A DNA stretch of 64,000 bases from an uncultured Actinomycetes bacterium (GTDB lineage Bacteria; Actinomycetota; UBA4738; HRBIN12): the NCBI GenBank assembly GCA_963727185.1, contig CAVSFP010000016.1, forward strand, positions 16,032 to 80,031. Reading direction: 5' to 3'. A program made the translations under genes and the position numbers. Position 1 is the first letter of the stretch. Every line of letters begins with the position of its first letter. The notes under the pieces are model-generated. The model ran no database searches, was not told where the DNA came from, and was given only the letters and a program-made list of their open reading frames with translations. Below, piece after piece: positions 11,791 through 22,825 of the stretch.

Positions 11791-14401
11791 TCAGCCGGTG
11801 TTCTGCAGACCGGCCGCCACGCCGCTGATCGTGGCCTGGACGAGCCGCTCCGTCCGCGGCGGTATCGGGGCTCGTCGAGGAAGCGGAGCTGCAGGAACGA
11901 CAGGGCATCCACGTAGGGATTGCGGAACTCGATCGCCCGTTGCAGGTCGGGCTTCCCGTCGAGCAGGCGGGTGTGACCGGTCACCGCCAGGACCAGGTCG
12001 GTGGTGCTGCGCCAGCTCGTCGCGGATGGCGGCCGTCAGGTCGGGCCGGTCTCCTCGCGCCAGGTACAGCTCCGCGATCGCGGGGTCGGCTTTCGCGAGC
12101 GACAGCTCGGCGTTCTCCAGCAGCGTCGCGAAGAACGGCCACGCCGCGCGCCATCGCGCGGAGGCGGCCGAGGCCGCCGCGACGCGCCGACACCGCGGAG
12201 AGTCCGACGCCGAGTCCGTACCAGCCCGTGAGGTTCACGCGGCTCTGCCCCCACGCGAACACCCACGGGATCGCGCGGAGGTCGTCGAGCTCCGTCGTCG
12301 CGTCCATGCCGCGTGCCACCGGACGCGACGCGATCGGCAGCGTGCCGATCTGCGCGATCGGCGTCACCTGCCGGAAGAACTCGACGAACCCGTCGGCCCG
12401 CACCAACTCCTCGTAGTGCAGGCGCGATGCATCGGACATGGTCTCGATCTCGTTCACGAACGCGTCCGCCGGATCCGTATGCGACCCGCGCGCGCTGGCG
12501 CGCACGACCGCGCTCGTCAGCTGCTCCAGGTGACGGCGCGCGAGCGCGGCGCTCCCGTAGCGCGCGAACGCCACCTCGCCCTGCTCGGTCACCTTGAAGC
12601 GGCCCGCGACCGACCCGGGAGGCTGCGCCTCGATCGCCCGGCTCGCGGGACCCCCTCCGCGCCCGAGCGCACCGCCTCGCCCGTGGAAGATCGTCAGCCG
12701 CACGCCGCGGTCGCGGGCCCAGCCGCTCATCGCTCGCTGCGCCGCGTAGAGCTCGAGGTTCGCGGCCAGCATCCCGACTTCCTTCGCGGAGTCGGAGTAG
12801 CCCGACCATCACCTCCAGCTCGCCGCCGCGTCGCTTCGCGACGCGGCGCCCCTCCGGCATGGCGAGCCAGTCGTCCAGGATGGCCGCCGCGGTGGTGAGC
12901 TCCGCTGCGAGATTCGAGCAGCGCCACCGGCAACACGTCGGGAGGCGCTTCCGGAACGGCGCATGCGCGCGAGCGCGAACACGCCGGCGAGGTCGGCCGC
13001 CGAACGGGTGAAGCTCACGACCACGCGCTCGCACGCCTGCACGCCCAGTCGCGACTGGATGTCGGCGATCGCCCGGAACGTGGCGATCACCTCGCGGGTC
13101 GCCGCCAAGGGCCGGGTCGACGACGGTGACGCGAGCTCCGCGCGAGCGGCGGCCAGCACGCTCGAGTGCTGCCGGACCTCCATGGACGCCAGGTGGAAGC
13201 CGAACGTCTCGACCTGCCAGCGGAGGTGTTGGAGCTCGCCCGCACGCCAGGCGCGGGGCCCCGCCCGCGTCGAGCGAGCGCTGCAGCACGTCCAGGTCTC
13301 CGAGGAAGGCCGCCGGGCCGTCATACGCCCCCTTGGCCCCGGTGCGGGTCGCCGCCAGCCGGTGCGGCGGAGAGCCCGAGCTTGCGCCGATGCGGCGCGT
13401 CGGGCAGGGTTCGTCCGAGCTCACGGGCGACGGCCGGCAGCGCATCGGCGTCGCGCTCCAGGGCTCGGCGGAGCGCGCGGCTGGGCGGCACGTCTCGTTC
13501 CGAGACCGACAACGTGCGCGCGATCCGCCGCGCGACGCGGCCTCCAGTCCGCGCAGCACGTGATCGGATTGGATCGGCCATCGCGGCACGGGTCACCTCC
13601 GCCGTCACCCACGGGTTCCCGTCCCGGTCGCCTCCCACCCAGGTGCCCCAACGGAGGAACGGCGCGAACGACAGGTGGTCGCGCACCACAGCCGGCGGCG
13701 TCGATCCGTCGATCCATCTCGCGATAGACCGCCGGGAGCGTCGTGAAGATCGTCTGATCGAACAGCGCCAGGACGGCTCGTACCTCGTCGAGCGGCTCGG
13801 GCCGGTGGGGCCGGATGGGGTCGGTGCGCCACAGACCGGCGATCTCCTCGCGCATCCTGCGCCGGATCTCCTGCTCTTCCGACACGCCGAGCGACAGATC
13901 CTCCAGCTGCTCGAGCAACGCGCCGATCCGCCACAGGTGCTCGACCACCGCACGACGCTTCGCCTCGGTGGGGTGCGCCGTCAGCACAGGCGTGATCCGG
14001 AGATCGTCGATGGAGGCCGGATCCACCTCGAGGGCACCGATCGAGTCCTCGACCGGCCGGCCCGACCTGCTCCGGGTGCGCAGCGTGCGCACGCGCTGAC
14101 GTTCCTCGGCCAGGTTGACCAACTGGAAGTAGCAGGTGAACGCGCGGATCACGTCCTCGGCTCGCGCGAGGTCGAGCGCTGCCGACCAGGTCGGTGACGC
14201 GCCGGCGACGTGTGTCGGACGGGCGTCCCCGGAACGCGATCGCGACTTTGCGGAGCGACTCGACCTGCTCCAGCAGCTCCGCGCCGCCGCTCTCGGCGAT
14301 CGCGTCGCCGAGCATCGTCGTCAGCAGGCGGACGTCGCGGCGGAGCTCCAGGGATCGCGGGCGCTCGCGCGGCCAGCGGGGCCGGCCTCGCGAGCGGCCA
14401 C
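11791..14401 (-). CDS. ppc: Phosphoenolpyruvate carboxylase, multiple frameshifts
   Basis: [62 protein letters not shown]-terminal GLQNTG. Confidence 0.93.
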
Positions 14402-14409
14402 GGGGGGAT

Positions 14410-15399
14410 TCAGCCCCTCAGAGCGTCGGGGTTCAGCAGGGTCGGCGGCGTGTCGCCGTCGAGCGCGGCGAACACGTTCTGCACGGCGAGCGTGCCCCAT
14501 CGCGTCGCGGGTGTCGACGGTCGCGCTCCCCAGGTGGGGGATCACCACGACGTTCTCGAGCGAGAGCAGCCGCGGCTCGACCTCCGGCTCGCGTTCGAAC
14601 ACGTCGAGACCGGCGGCGAAGATCTCGCCGGACGCGAGCGCGTCGGCGAGCGCGAGCTCGTCGACGACCGGACCGCGGGACGTGTTCACCAGGACGGCGG
14701 TCGGCTTCATCCGCGTGAACGCCTCGGCGTCGAACAGGTGCCGCGTCTCCGGCGTGAGGTTGGTGTGGATCGAGACGAAGTCGGCCTCGCGCGAGCAGGT
14801 CGTCGAGCTCGCGTCGCTCGGCGCCGGTCTCGGCCTCGACGTCCGGCGGGAGCTGGACCGCGTCGCTGTAGATCACGCGCATCCCGAACCCCGTTCGCGC
14901 GGCGGGCGACCGCCTGGCCGATCCGTCCGAACCCCACGATGCCGATCGTCTTGTGGTGCACGTCCTGGCCGAGCATCATCAGCGGGCCCCAGATCCACGG
15001 CGTGTCGGCGCGCAGGAACCGCTCGCCCTCACCGACGCGTCGCGCGGCGGCCATCAGCAGGGCGAACGCGGTGTCGGCGGTGGTCTCGGTCAGGACGTCG
15101 GGGGTGTTCGTCGCCAGGACGCCGGCGGCCGTGCAGGCCGCGACGTCGATGTTGTCGAACCCCACGGCGTGGTTCGCGACGATCTTCAGCTGTGGTCCGG
15201 CCGCCTCCAGGAACTCGGCGTCGACCTGCTCGGTCAGCATCGTGATGATGGCGTCGCGACCGGCGACGACCTTCAGCAGCTCGTCGCGGGGGATGCCGAA
15301 CTCGTTCTCGTGGATCGTCACGTCGCATCGCTCGCGAAGGATGCGCGTCGGCTCCTCCATGATCGGTCGGGTGACCAGGACGTTCGCTCGTTCGCTCAT
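14410..15399 (-). CDS. D-glycerate dehydrogenase / hydroxypyruvate-glyoxylate reductase, frameshifted
   Basis: [52 protein letters not shown]. Confidence 0.9.
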
Positions 15400-15432
15400 G
15401 CGGCCTCGATGATGATGGAATCGGATCCGCCG

Positions 15433-15967
15433 GTGCCGTCACTCCTCCCCGCCGCGATCGAGACCCCGCGATTGCGGCTCCGTCCGCTGGCGATGGCCGA
15501 CGCCGAGGAGCTGAACGCGATCCAGTCCGATCCGCACCACATGCGGTTCTACCCGCACCCGTTCAGCTTGCAGGAGTCACGCGAGTGGATCGAGCGGATG
15601 CGCGAGCGCGCCGAGCGCGACGGGTTCGCCCTGTTGGCGGTGGAGGACCGCGAGACGGGGGAGTTCCTGGGCAACGTCGGGCCGATCCTCCAGCACGTCG
15701 ACGACGTGGACGAGGTGGAGCTCGGATGGTCGATCACCCCGACGCGCGCCCGGCAGGGGATCGCCACCGAGGCGGCGTTCGCGTGTCGCGACTGGGTCTT
15801 CGCGACGCTCGCCGATCGACCACGTCATCTCGCTGATCCTGCCGGCGAACACGCCGTCACGCGGCGTGGCCGAGAACCTCGGGATGACGGTGTGGAAGCA
15901 GGTTCCGTGGGGGACGCTGAAGCCGCAGACCCATCTGGTGTACCGGTTGGGCCGTCCGGCGGCCTGA
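15433..15967 (+). CDS. RimJ/RimL-type GNAT acetyltransferase (frameshift near 15815)
   Basis: [32 protein letters not shown]; start uncertain. Confidence 0.8.
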
Positions 15968-15971
15968 CCCG

Positions 15972-16616
15972 TCAGAGCTCGAGCAGCTCGCGCAGCCGGC
16001 CGGCGACCGCCAACCCGATCGCACGGTGACCGTCGGCCTCGAAGTGGATGCCGTCGACGGGACTGGACGAGACGTGGTCGCGCAGGTCCAGGAGCGCGAC
16101 GTCGACCCCGTCCTCCGCGTACTGCGCGGCGGCGTCCAGGAACGCCTGACTCAGACGTTCCGACTCGCGCCCCGCGTCGGGGGACTCGTTCAGGTCCCAC
16201 GCGCCGAGTTGCGCGAACGGGGGAGGGACCACCACGAGCACGACCGGGCCGCTGCCGGCCGGTCCGAAGTCGCTGGTGCGCGCGACCTCGGCGAGCTTCA
16301 TGGCGCCGTGCGCCGCGTGATATGCGTTCAGGCCGGGAAGGAACAGGTCGTTCGTCGCCAGGTCGATGACGACCGCATCGAGCGGCGCGTGGGTCTCCAG
16401 CGCCACCGGCAAGAACGTGAGCCCGTTCCTGTTCGGTTCGAACGGGATGTCGAACACGGTCGTGCGACCGTTCTGCCCTTCCTCGATCACGTGGACGTCG
16501 TCGCCGAGCTCGCGCTGCAGGACGCCGGGCCACCGTTCCCAGCGCCCCAGGCGTTCCTGCGTCGAGGCCCGATAGCCCCAGGTGTTCGAGTCGCCGAAGC
16601 AGAGGACCGCGGTCAC
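15972..16616 (-). CDS. SGNH/GDSL hydrolase (arylesterase type)
   Basis: CFGDSNTWG, EEGQNGRTT, TND, DGIH. Confidence 0.9.
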   Translation of the reverse strand: MTAVLCFGDSNTWGYRASTQERLGRWERWPGVLQRELGDDVHVIEEGQNGRTTVFDIPFEPNRNGLTFLPVALETHAPLDAVVIDLATNDLFLPGLNAYHAAHGAMKLAEVARTSDFGPAGSGPVVLVVVPPPFAQLGAWDLNESPDAGRESERLSQAFLDAAAQYAEDGVDVALLDLRDHVSSSPVDGIHFEADGHRAIGLAVAGRLRELLEL

Positions 16617-16617
16617 G

Positions 16618-17124
16618 CTACTCGGCGATGTCGATCCGCTCGATCACGACGTCCTCGACCGGCTTGTCCTGCGCGCCGATCGGCGTCTTCGCGATCGTCT
16701 CCACCACGTCGTATCCGTCGGTCACCTGTCCGAAGATCGTGTGCTTGCCGTTCAGCCACGGCGTCTCGCCGACCGTGACGAAGAACTGCGAGCCGTTGGT
16801 GCCCGGACCCGCGTTCGCCATGGCCAGGCGTCCGACCTGGTTGAACGTTGGCCCGCCGGACGGGACCTCGTCCTTGAACGTGTAACCGGGGCCGCCGCGG
16901 CCGGTGCCCTCGGGGTCGCCGCCCTGGATCATGAAGCCGTCGATCACGCGGTGGAAGATCGTGCCGGGATACAGCGGATCGGTCTTCTTCGCGCCGTCCT
17001 TGCCGGTCCACTCCTTGCCGCCGGTCGCCAGTCCCACGAAGTTCGCGACGGTCTCCGGCGCGTGCTCGGGCATGAGCGTGACGGTGAACGAACCCTTGTT
17101 GGTGACGAACGTGGCCGTGGTCAT
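16618..17124 (-). CDS. ppiA: Cyclophilin-type peptidyl-prolyl isomerase
   Basis: FHRVIDGFMIQGGDP, AMANAGPGTNGSQFF. Confidence 0.95.
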   Translation of the reverse strand: MTTATFVTNKGSFTVTLMPEHAPETVANFVGLATGGKEWTGKDGAKKTDPLYPGTIFHRVIDGFMIQGGDPEGTGRGGPGYTFKDEVPSGGPTFNQVGRLAMANAGPGTNGSQFFVTVGETPWLNGKHTIFGQVTDGYDVVETIAKTPIGAQDKPVEDVVIERIDIAE

Positions 17125-17200
17125 GACGACGATCCTTTCGGTCCGGGGTTGGACCGCGAAGCCTACCCCTAGGACCGTTCGGCGTCAGCGGCCATCCGCA

Positions 17201-18160
17201 CTAGCGAAGCGGTCGTTCCCGGAACCAGGAAACGGTCGCCCGAACGGCCTCGGGAAGGGGCGTCGCCTTCCAGCCGAACGTCCGCTCGAACCTGCTGCTG
17301 TCGACCACCCAGGGGCTCTCTGATTGGTAGAGCTGCTCCCTCACAGCGCGTATGGTCGGATCGAAGAGCCCTGCCAGGGCCAGACCCCACGAGGGAGCGG
17401 CCCGCAGTCGCGGCGGGTCGCCTACCTCGGCGAATACGAGGTCGACGAATCTTCGCACCGTGACGGTCTCGGCGTTCGGGACATGCCAGATGTTGCCGAG
17501 GGCTTCGTCTCGCTCGCCCAGCGTCACCAGCGCCCGCCCGAAGTCCTCGATGGAGGTGACGGTGTGGAGGAGATCCGGGTCGCCAAGCACGCGAGCGGGC
17601 TTTCCGGCCAGAGCTCGGGAGAACACCCGTTCCCCAACCGTTGACTGCAACACATGGGGCCCGAAGAAGTCCGAGGCTCTCCCGATCGACGCGCGAACCC
17701 GGCCGTCATCATGTGCCCTCATCAGATCTTCGGCGATCTGGGCGCGCGTCCTCCCGTTCGCGCCTCGAGCCCGGTAGGGCAGATCCTCGGTCAGAGGAAC
17801 ATCAACCTTGCCGTAGGCGTAGAGGTTGTCCCCGAAGATGAGCGTGCTTCCCGCGGAAGCCGCACCCTCGATGATGGCCTTCATGATCGGCGGATGCAGC
17901 TCGGGCCATTTCGCGTACGGCGGGTTGACACAGTGGTACACGACGGCCGCTCCATCGCACGCCCGCGTAGCCTCGGCGACGTCCGCGACGTCGGCGGTGA
18001 GGGCTTCAACGCCTCGCGGCAACCCTGCGCGTCCGCTCCGGCTCACGGCCCGCACCCGTTCCCCGTTCGCGGCGAGGTGCCGGATCACCGCAAGACCCAG
18101 AGGGCCCGTCCCGAGGACGACATGGAGGCCCTCGTGTTCGTTCAAGCTCGGATCCCTCAT
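17201..18160 (-). CDS. NAD-dependent epimerase/dehydratase family protein
   Basis: VLGTGPLG Rossmann motif; DNLYAYG, RASDFFGP. Confidence 0.85.
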   Translation of the reverse strand: MRDPSLNEHEGLHVVLGTGPLGLAVIRHLAANGERVRAVSRSGRAGLPRGVEALTADVADVAEATRACDGAAVVYHCVNPPYAKWPELHPPIMKAIIEGAASAGSTLIFGDNLYAYGKVDVPLTEDLPYRARGANGRTRAQIAEDLMRAHDDGRVRASIGRASDFFGPHVLQSTVGERVFSRALAGKPARVLGDPDLLHTVTSIEDFGRALVTLGERDEALGNIWHVPNAETVTVRRFVDLVFAEVGDPPRLRAAPSWGLALAGLFDPTIRAVREQLYQSESPWVVDSSRFERTFGWKATPLPEAVRATVSWFRERPLR

Positions 18161-18630
18161 CCCTCGGCTCGGTCGTGCTCGGCGACGGCCACGAATAGAG
18201 CCAGCACGCCGTTCCAGTTCTCACCGTAGCCCGAGCGGGCCTCCTCGGCCAAGGCGCCGAGTCGCTCCCATCCGCGATGCTCCAGGTCGACACGCGTGCC
18301 GTCGCCATCGGCGGTGAACGTCACCTCGAGCTCGGTCGGCGGGTTGTCGCTGAGGTTCGGCTTCCACGCGAGGACCAGCCGCCGCGGCGGATCCCACGCG
18401 AGGATCGTGGCCCACGTCGCTTCGGTTCCGTCGGACATGACCTCGATGACGCGGCCACCTTCCCGCTCTTCGAAGACGATCGCCTCCGCCTTCACGCTGC
18501 CTCCGTGTGTGTCCTCCGCGATCGAGAACGCCTGCAAGGGCCACCACGAGCCCATCTCCTTGGTGAAGATGCGGAACGAATCCCCGGGGGTGCGACCAAC
18601 CATCACGGTGGTGTGGATCGGCGCGATCAC
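18157..18630 (-). CDS. SRPBCC/AHSA1 domain protein
   Basis: WWP, WDPPRRLVLAW, TELEVTF, LEHRGWE. Confidence 0.9.
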   Translation of the reverse strand: MIAPIHTTVMVGRTPGDSFRIFTKEMGSWWPLQAFSIAEDTHGGSVKAEAIVFEEREGGRVIEVMSDGTEATWATILAWDPPRRLVLAWKPNLSDNPPTELEVTFTADGDGTRVDLEHRGWERLGALAEEARSGYGENWNGVLALFVAVAEHDRAEG

Positions 18631-18956
18631 GATGTGCCTCCTTCTGTCTCGTCCTCAGCGGCGTCCTTGAACGCGGCGAGCGCATCGGTCCAGAAGCTCT
18701 CCAGGTACGTCCGCAGCGCGGCGAGCCCCTCGGGGTCGACGCGATAGAGGTGCCGGGTGCCGTCCTTGCGCTCCGTCACGAGACCCGCTCCCTTCAGGAC
18801 GCGCAGGTGCTGGGAGACGGCCGGGCGGCTGACCGGGAGCTCGGACGCGATGTCGACCACGGCGCGCGGCCCGTCACGCAGGAGCTCCAGGACCGCTCGC
18901 CGGGTCGGGTCCCCCAGCGCGTCCAACACCTCGGCAGCGTCGGATGAGTAAGTCAT
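18627..18956 (-). CDS. ArsR/SmtB family regulator
   Basis: ALGDPTRR, SRPAVSQHLRVL. Confidence 0.93.
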   Translation of the reverse strand: MTYSSDAAEVLDALGDPTRRAVLELLRDGPRAVVDIASELPVSRPAVSQHLRVLKGAGLVTERKDGTRHLYRVDPEGLAALRTYLESFWTDALAAFKDAAEDETEGGTS

Positions 18957-18980
18957 AACTTACGGTAAGTATCGACTTAC
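18948..18980. promoter_or_regulatory. Tandem palindromic operator, probably ArsR autoregulatory
   Basis: GTAAGT-N4-ACTTAC twice, overlapping the ArsR start codon. Confidence 0.75.
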
Positions 18981-18990
18981 GCGGCGCTGG

Positions 18991-20802
18991 ATGTCAACCT
19001 CTCCGGCTCGAACGGTTGTGACGGGTCGACGGGGATTAAGGACTCAGAGCCCGGGGGCCGAGAACATATCCGTGTCTACCCCGGTGATCCCACGGCTGGA
19101 CTCCACCACGCTCGGTCCCGAGCATGTCTATCCGAGGCCCGCGCCGCCCAAGGTGGTGATCACGATGCCCGCCTATCAGTCGGAACTCACGCTGGAGCGG
19201 ACGGTGCTCGCGATCCCCGACGGCTTCGCCGACGAGCTCATCCTGGTGGACGACGCGAGCCGGGACGGAACGGTGGATCTGGCTCGCAGGCTCGGCCTCC
19301 AGGTGCACGTGCACCCCGTCAACCGCGGGTATGGGGCCAATCAGAAGACGTGCTACTCGCTGGCGCTCGCATCCGATGCGGACATCGTGGTGCTGCTGCA
19401 CCCGGACTACCAGTACGAGCCGAAGGCCGTGCCGCTCCTGATCGCACCGATCCTCGCCGGGGATGCCGACATGACGTTCGGCTCCCGGTTCGCCGGCATG
19501 GGCGATCCGCTGGGGGGCGGCATGCCTCGGTACCGGTACCTGGGCAACCGGGTCACCACCTCGGCGCAGAACCTGATGCTCGGCACCCGGTTCACGGACA
19601 TGCACAGCGGGATGCGCGCGTACACACGGGCATGTCTGGAGTCGCTCCCGTTCCGTCACTACTCCGAAGGGTTCGCGTTCGATGCCGAACTGTTGGTCGA
19701 CGCCGTCACCTCGGGTCAACGGGTGGTGGAGGTTCCCATCCCCACCCGGTACACGAAGGAGTCGTCTTCGATCTCGATCCTGCGGTCGCTCGCCTACGTG
19801 TGGCGCGGGATCGTCTACGCGGCGAGGCGGGGAGCCGTTCGCGGGCGGCGGGGCAACCGATACCTGCCGGCGTGGCGGCGTTCGCGGGGGCTCAAGAGCA
19901 AGGGCAAGGGTCCGATCAGCGTGGCGAAGTGCGTCTCGTGCGGCAGTGAGCGGATGCACCTGCGTTACCCGACGACGACGGCGGGCGACGTGCCGATGGA
20001 GGAGTTCCGGTGCACGACCTCAGCGCTCGGCATCCACGACGACATCTTCGAGTGCCCAAGTTGCGGGTTGCTCTCGTCGGCGCCGACGCTGAGTCCCGAC
20101 GAGATCGTCGGGCGCTACGAGGAGGTCGTTGACGAGGAGTACCTGTCCGAGGAGGAGGAGCGCCGCGAGCTCTTCGGTTGGGTGTCCGAGCAGATGGACG
20201 CGTACTACGTGCCGGGGAGGCGGCTGCTCGAGATCGGCTCAAACATGGGGCTGTTCCTCGCCGTCGCGGCAGAGCGGGGCTGGGAAGTGTCGGGCATCGA
20301 GCCCTCGGCCTGGGCGGTCGAGCAGGGCCGTGAGCGATTCGGCGTCGATCTGCGGCAGGGTGTGATCGAGACGCTCGATGTCGCGCCCGGCTCGGTCGAC
20401 GCCCTCGTGATGCTCGACGTCCTGGAGCATCTCGCCGACCCCGCCGAGGCCCTTCGCCGGATGCGTCCGATGATGGCCGAACAGGGAGTCCTGGCACTGG
20501 CCACCGTGAACGTTGAGAGTCTCCACGGCCGGCTGCGCGGTGGCGACTGGCCGTGGTTCATCCGTTCCCACCTGCACTACTTCCGCCCCGCCACGCTCAC
20601 GAAGATGCTGTCCGACGCCGGATTCGAGGCCGTCGAATGGAGCGTCGTCCCGCGCTCGTTCCACATGTCGTACCTGCTGCACCGGGCCGCAGGCGTCATG
20701 CCTGGGTCGAAGCTCGCGGAGGCCGCCGTCCGCTTCGGCGATCCGAAGATCCCCGTCGGGTGGATCGGTGACGTGACGTTGACGATCGCGCGGCCCCGCT
20801 AG
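18991..20802 (+). CDS. GT2 (polyprenol-phosphate sugar synthase-like) fused to a class I methyltransferase
   Basis: VDDASRDGT, NRGYGANQK, HPDYQY, GSRF, then CxxC..CxxC, LLEIGSNMG, DVLEHL; start may be GTG near 19072. Confidence 0.85.
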   Translation: MSTSPARTVVTGRRGLRTQSPGAENISVSTPVIPRLDSTTLGPEHVYPRPAPPKVVITMPAYQSELTLERTVLAIPDGFADELILVDDASRDGTVDLARRLGLQVHVHPVNRGYGANQKTCYSLALASDADIVVLLHPDYQYEPKAVPLLIAPILAGDADMTFGSRFAGMGDPLGGGMPRYRYLGNRVTTSAQNLMLGTRFTDMHSGMRAYTRACLESLPFRHYSEGFAFDAELLVDAVTSGQRVVEVPIPTRYTKESSSISILRSLAYVWRGIVYAARRGAVRGRRGNRYLPAWRRSRGLKSKGKGPISVAKCVSCGSERMHLRYPTTTAGDVPMEEFRCTTSALGIHDDIFECPSCGLLSSAPTLSPDEIVGRYEEVVDEEYLSEEEERRELFGWVSEQMDAYYVPGRRLLEIGSNMGLFLAVAAERGWEVSGIEPSAWAVEQGRERFGVDLRQGVIETLDVAPGSVDALVMLDVLEHLADPAEALRRMRPMMAEQGVLALATVNVESLHGRLRGGDWPWFIRSHLHYFRPATLTKMLSDAGFEAVEWSVVPRSFHMSYLLHRAAGVMPGSKLAEAAVRFGDPKIPVGWIGDVTLTIARPR

Positions 20803-22305
20803 TTCGAGCGAGAGAACTCGATCACCTGGATCACGCCGAACGTCCCGATCACCTTGGATGTGTACCCCTCCGGCCTGAGACGGCCGTCCAGCCAGTCCCG
20901 GAACGGCACCTGCGGGTACCTCGTCACCAGCAGGAAGCGGTCCACCCCCGCCAACTGGCCGGTCACGAGACCCTCGAGGTAGTCGCGAGACTGGGGGTCG
21001 AGCATGTACGGCATCGGTACGACGTCGCCCTCCATCGGGTAGTAGGACTGCACCGACAGGAGGTAGCTGCGCCTCACGGGATCGGAGAACCAATCGAGCT
21101 GCGCCGATTCCACGAGCGCGGGGTGCAGCAGGACGACCGTGCCGGGGTCGGCGTGTGCGCGCTCGAACGCGGCGGCTCCCCTCCAGTCCTCCCCGTTCTT
21201 CAAGGTGCTGCCGAACGCCAGGACGCTCGCGATAGCGAGCACGATCGCGACGATCCGACGGGCGGCCGCCGGCTCGAGCGACGCGATCACCCATCCTCCG
21301 AACAGCGCGATGGCCGGCCCCACAGATGCCATGTACCGCGGGGCGAGGAAGTCGACGGGCGTCAGACGCCGTCACGAGGTAGAGCGTGACGATGGGGAAC
21401 AGCAGCCAGCTGCCCAGCAGGACGAGGGTCGACGACCGCGCGGGCGCCGGCTCGATGCGGACGCGATCACTCATCCGGGCGAGGAGCGCGCCCAGGAACA
21501 CCGACACGACGAGGATGGGTGGTAGGAGCACCATCGCGAATCCCGTCGCCGACGCGTCGCCCGGGATCGAGAGGGTCGACCGTCGATCCCAGAGCGAGGC
21601 GAGCTGGATAGCCAGGGGAACGATGCCTGCCGTCACGATCACCGCGACCGCAACCAGTCGGCGAACGGACACATCGGTCTCTCCGCGTCGGCGTCGGGTC
21701 AACGCGTAGATGGCTTGGGGCACCAGGACGAGCGCGTAGAGGTAGTGCATCCACACGACCGTGACGGCGAGCAGGGCGTACACGAGGGCGAGGGACCAGC
21801 GGCGCCCGTCGTCGAGCCACCGAACGAGCGCGTAGGTGGATGCGATGACCGCGAGGGTCGCCAGCGCGTAGGGCCGCGCCTCCGACGCCTCGAAGGCCAC
21901 CGACTGGGTGGCCGCGAACACCAGGACGGAGAACCAGGCCGCCTCCCGGCCGATGAGGTTCCGGGCGAGCCGGTAGAGCAGGAACACGGACACCACGGTC
22001 GCGATCAGCGAGGGGAGACGCAGGACCACCTCGGAGTTCCCGCCGACGGTTCGGGCCACCCAGACGATCGAGTAGTAGAGCGGCGACTGACCCTGGAAGG
22101 TGGTGGCGCGATGCACGGCGTCGCCGAGCCCGTCCTTGACGACCCACCACGTGCCGAGTTCGTCGAGCCACAGGCTCGAAGACAGCGGTACAAGCCAGAG
22201 AGCGCCGATCACCACGGCCGTCACGATCAGCAGCCAGCGGATGTGGCCGGGGGCGGGTGCTTCCTCGACCGGCTGAGGGCGACTTTCCACGTCGCTCTTC
22301 ATCAC
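20799..22305 (-). CDS. GT-C membrane glycosyltransferase (PMT_2/GT39-like), frameshift near 21370
   Basis: SLWLDE after TM1, PLYY, LRLPS, EARPYAL; many TM segments. Confidence 0.8.
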
Positions 22306-22336
22306 GGTGCCGCCCGGATCGGCTGCGTCGGCATCG

Positions 22337-22795
22337 CTACCCGGCGAGCGCCGCTCGGGCGTTCGGCACGGTGTCCTTCGGCGAGACCTTGTACCACGCG
22401 TGCTCGATGCGCCCGTCCTCGCCGATCAGGAACGAGGAGCGGATGATGCCCATGTACTTCTTGCCGTAGTTCATCTTCTCGCCCCACACGTCGTACGCCT
22501 CGGCGATCGCGTGGTCCGTGTCGGCGAGCAGCGGGAAGCCGAGCCCGAACTTCTGGTCGAACTTCATCTGATCCTCGGGGACGTCCGGGCTGATGCCGAC
22601 CACGTCGACGCCGAGCGAGGAGAGATCCTCGCGCGCGTCGCGTACGGCACACGATTGGGTGGTGCACCCGGGTGTGTCGGCCGCCGGGTAGAAGTAGACG
22701 AGCAGCTTCCGTCCCGCGAAGTCGGAGAGGTTCACGGTCTCTCCCGCCTGGTCCAGCAACGAGAACGACGGCGCAGGATCGCCAGGCTTCAGCAT
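22337..22795 (-). CDS. bcp: Peroxiredoxin BCP/PrxQ
   Basis: YFYPAADTPGCTTQSC, GIIRSSFLI. Confidence 0.93.
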   Translation of the reverse strand: MLKPGDPAPSFSLLDQAGETVNLSDFAGRKLLVYFYPAADTPGCTTQSCAVRDAREDLSSLGVDVVGISPDVPEDQMKFDQKFGLGFPLLADTDHAIAEAYDVWGEKMNYGKKYMGIIRSSFLIGEDGRIEHAWYKVSPKDTVPNARAALAG

Positions 22796-22825
22796 GGAAA
22801 CAGGATAGGCGTTCAACACAGGCGT

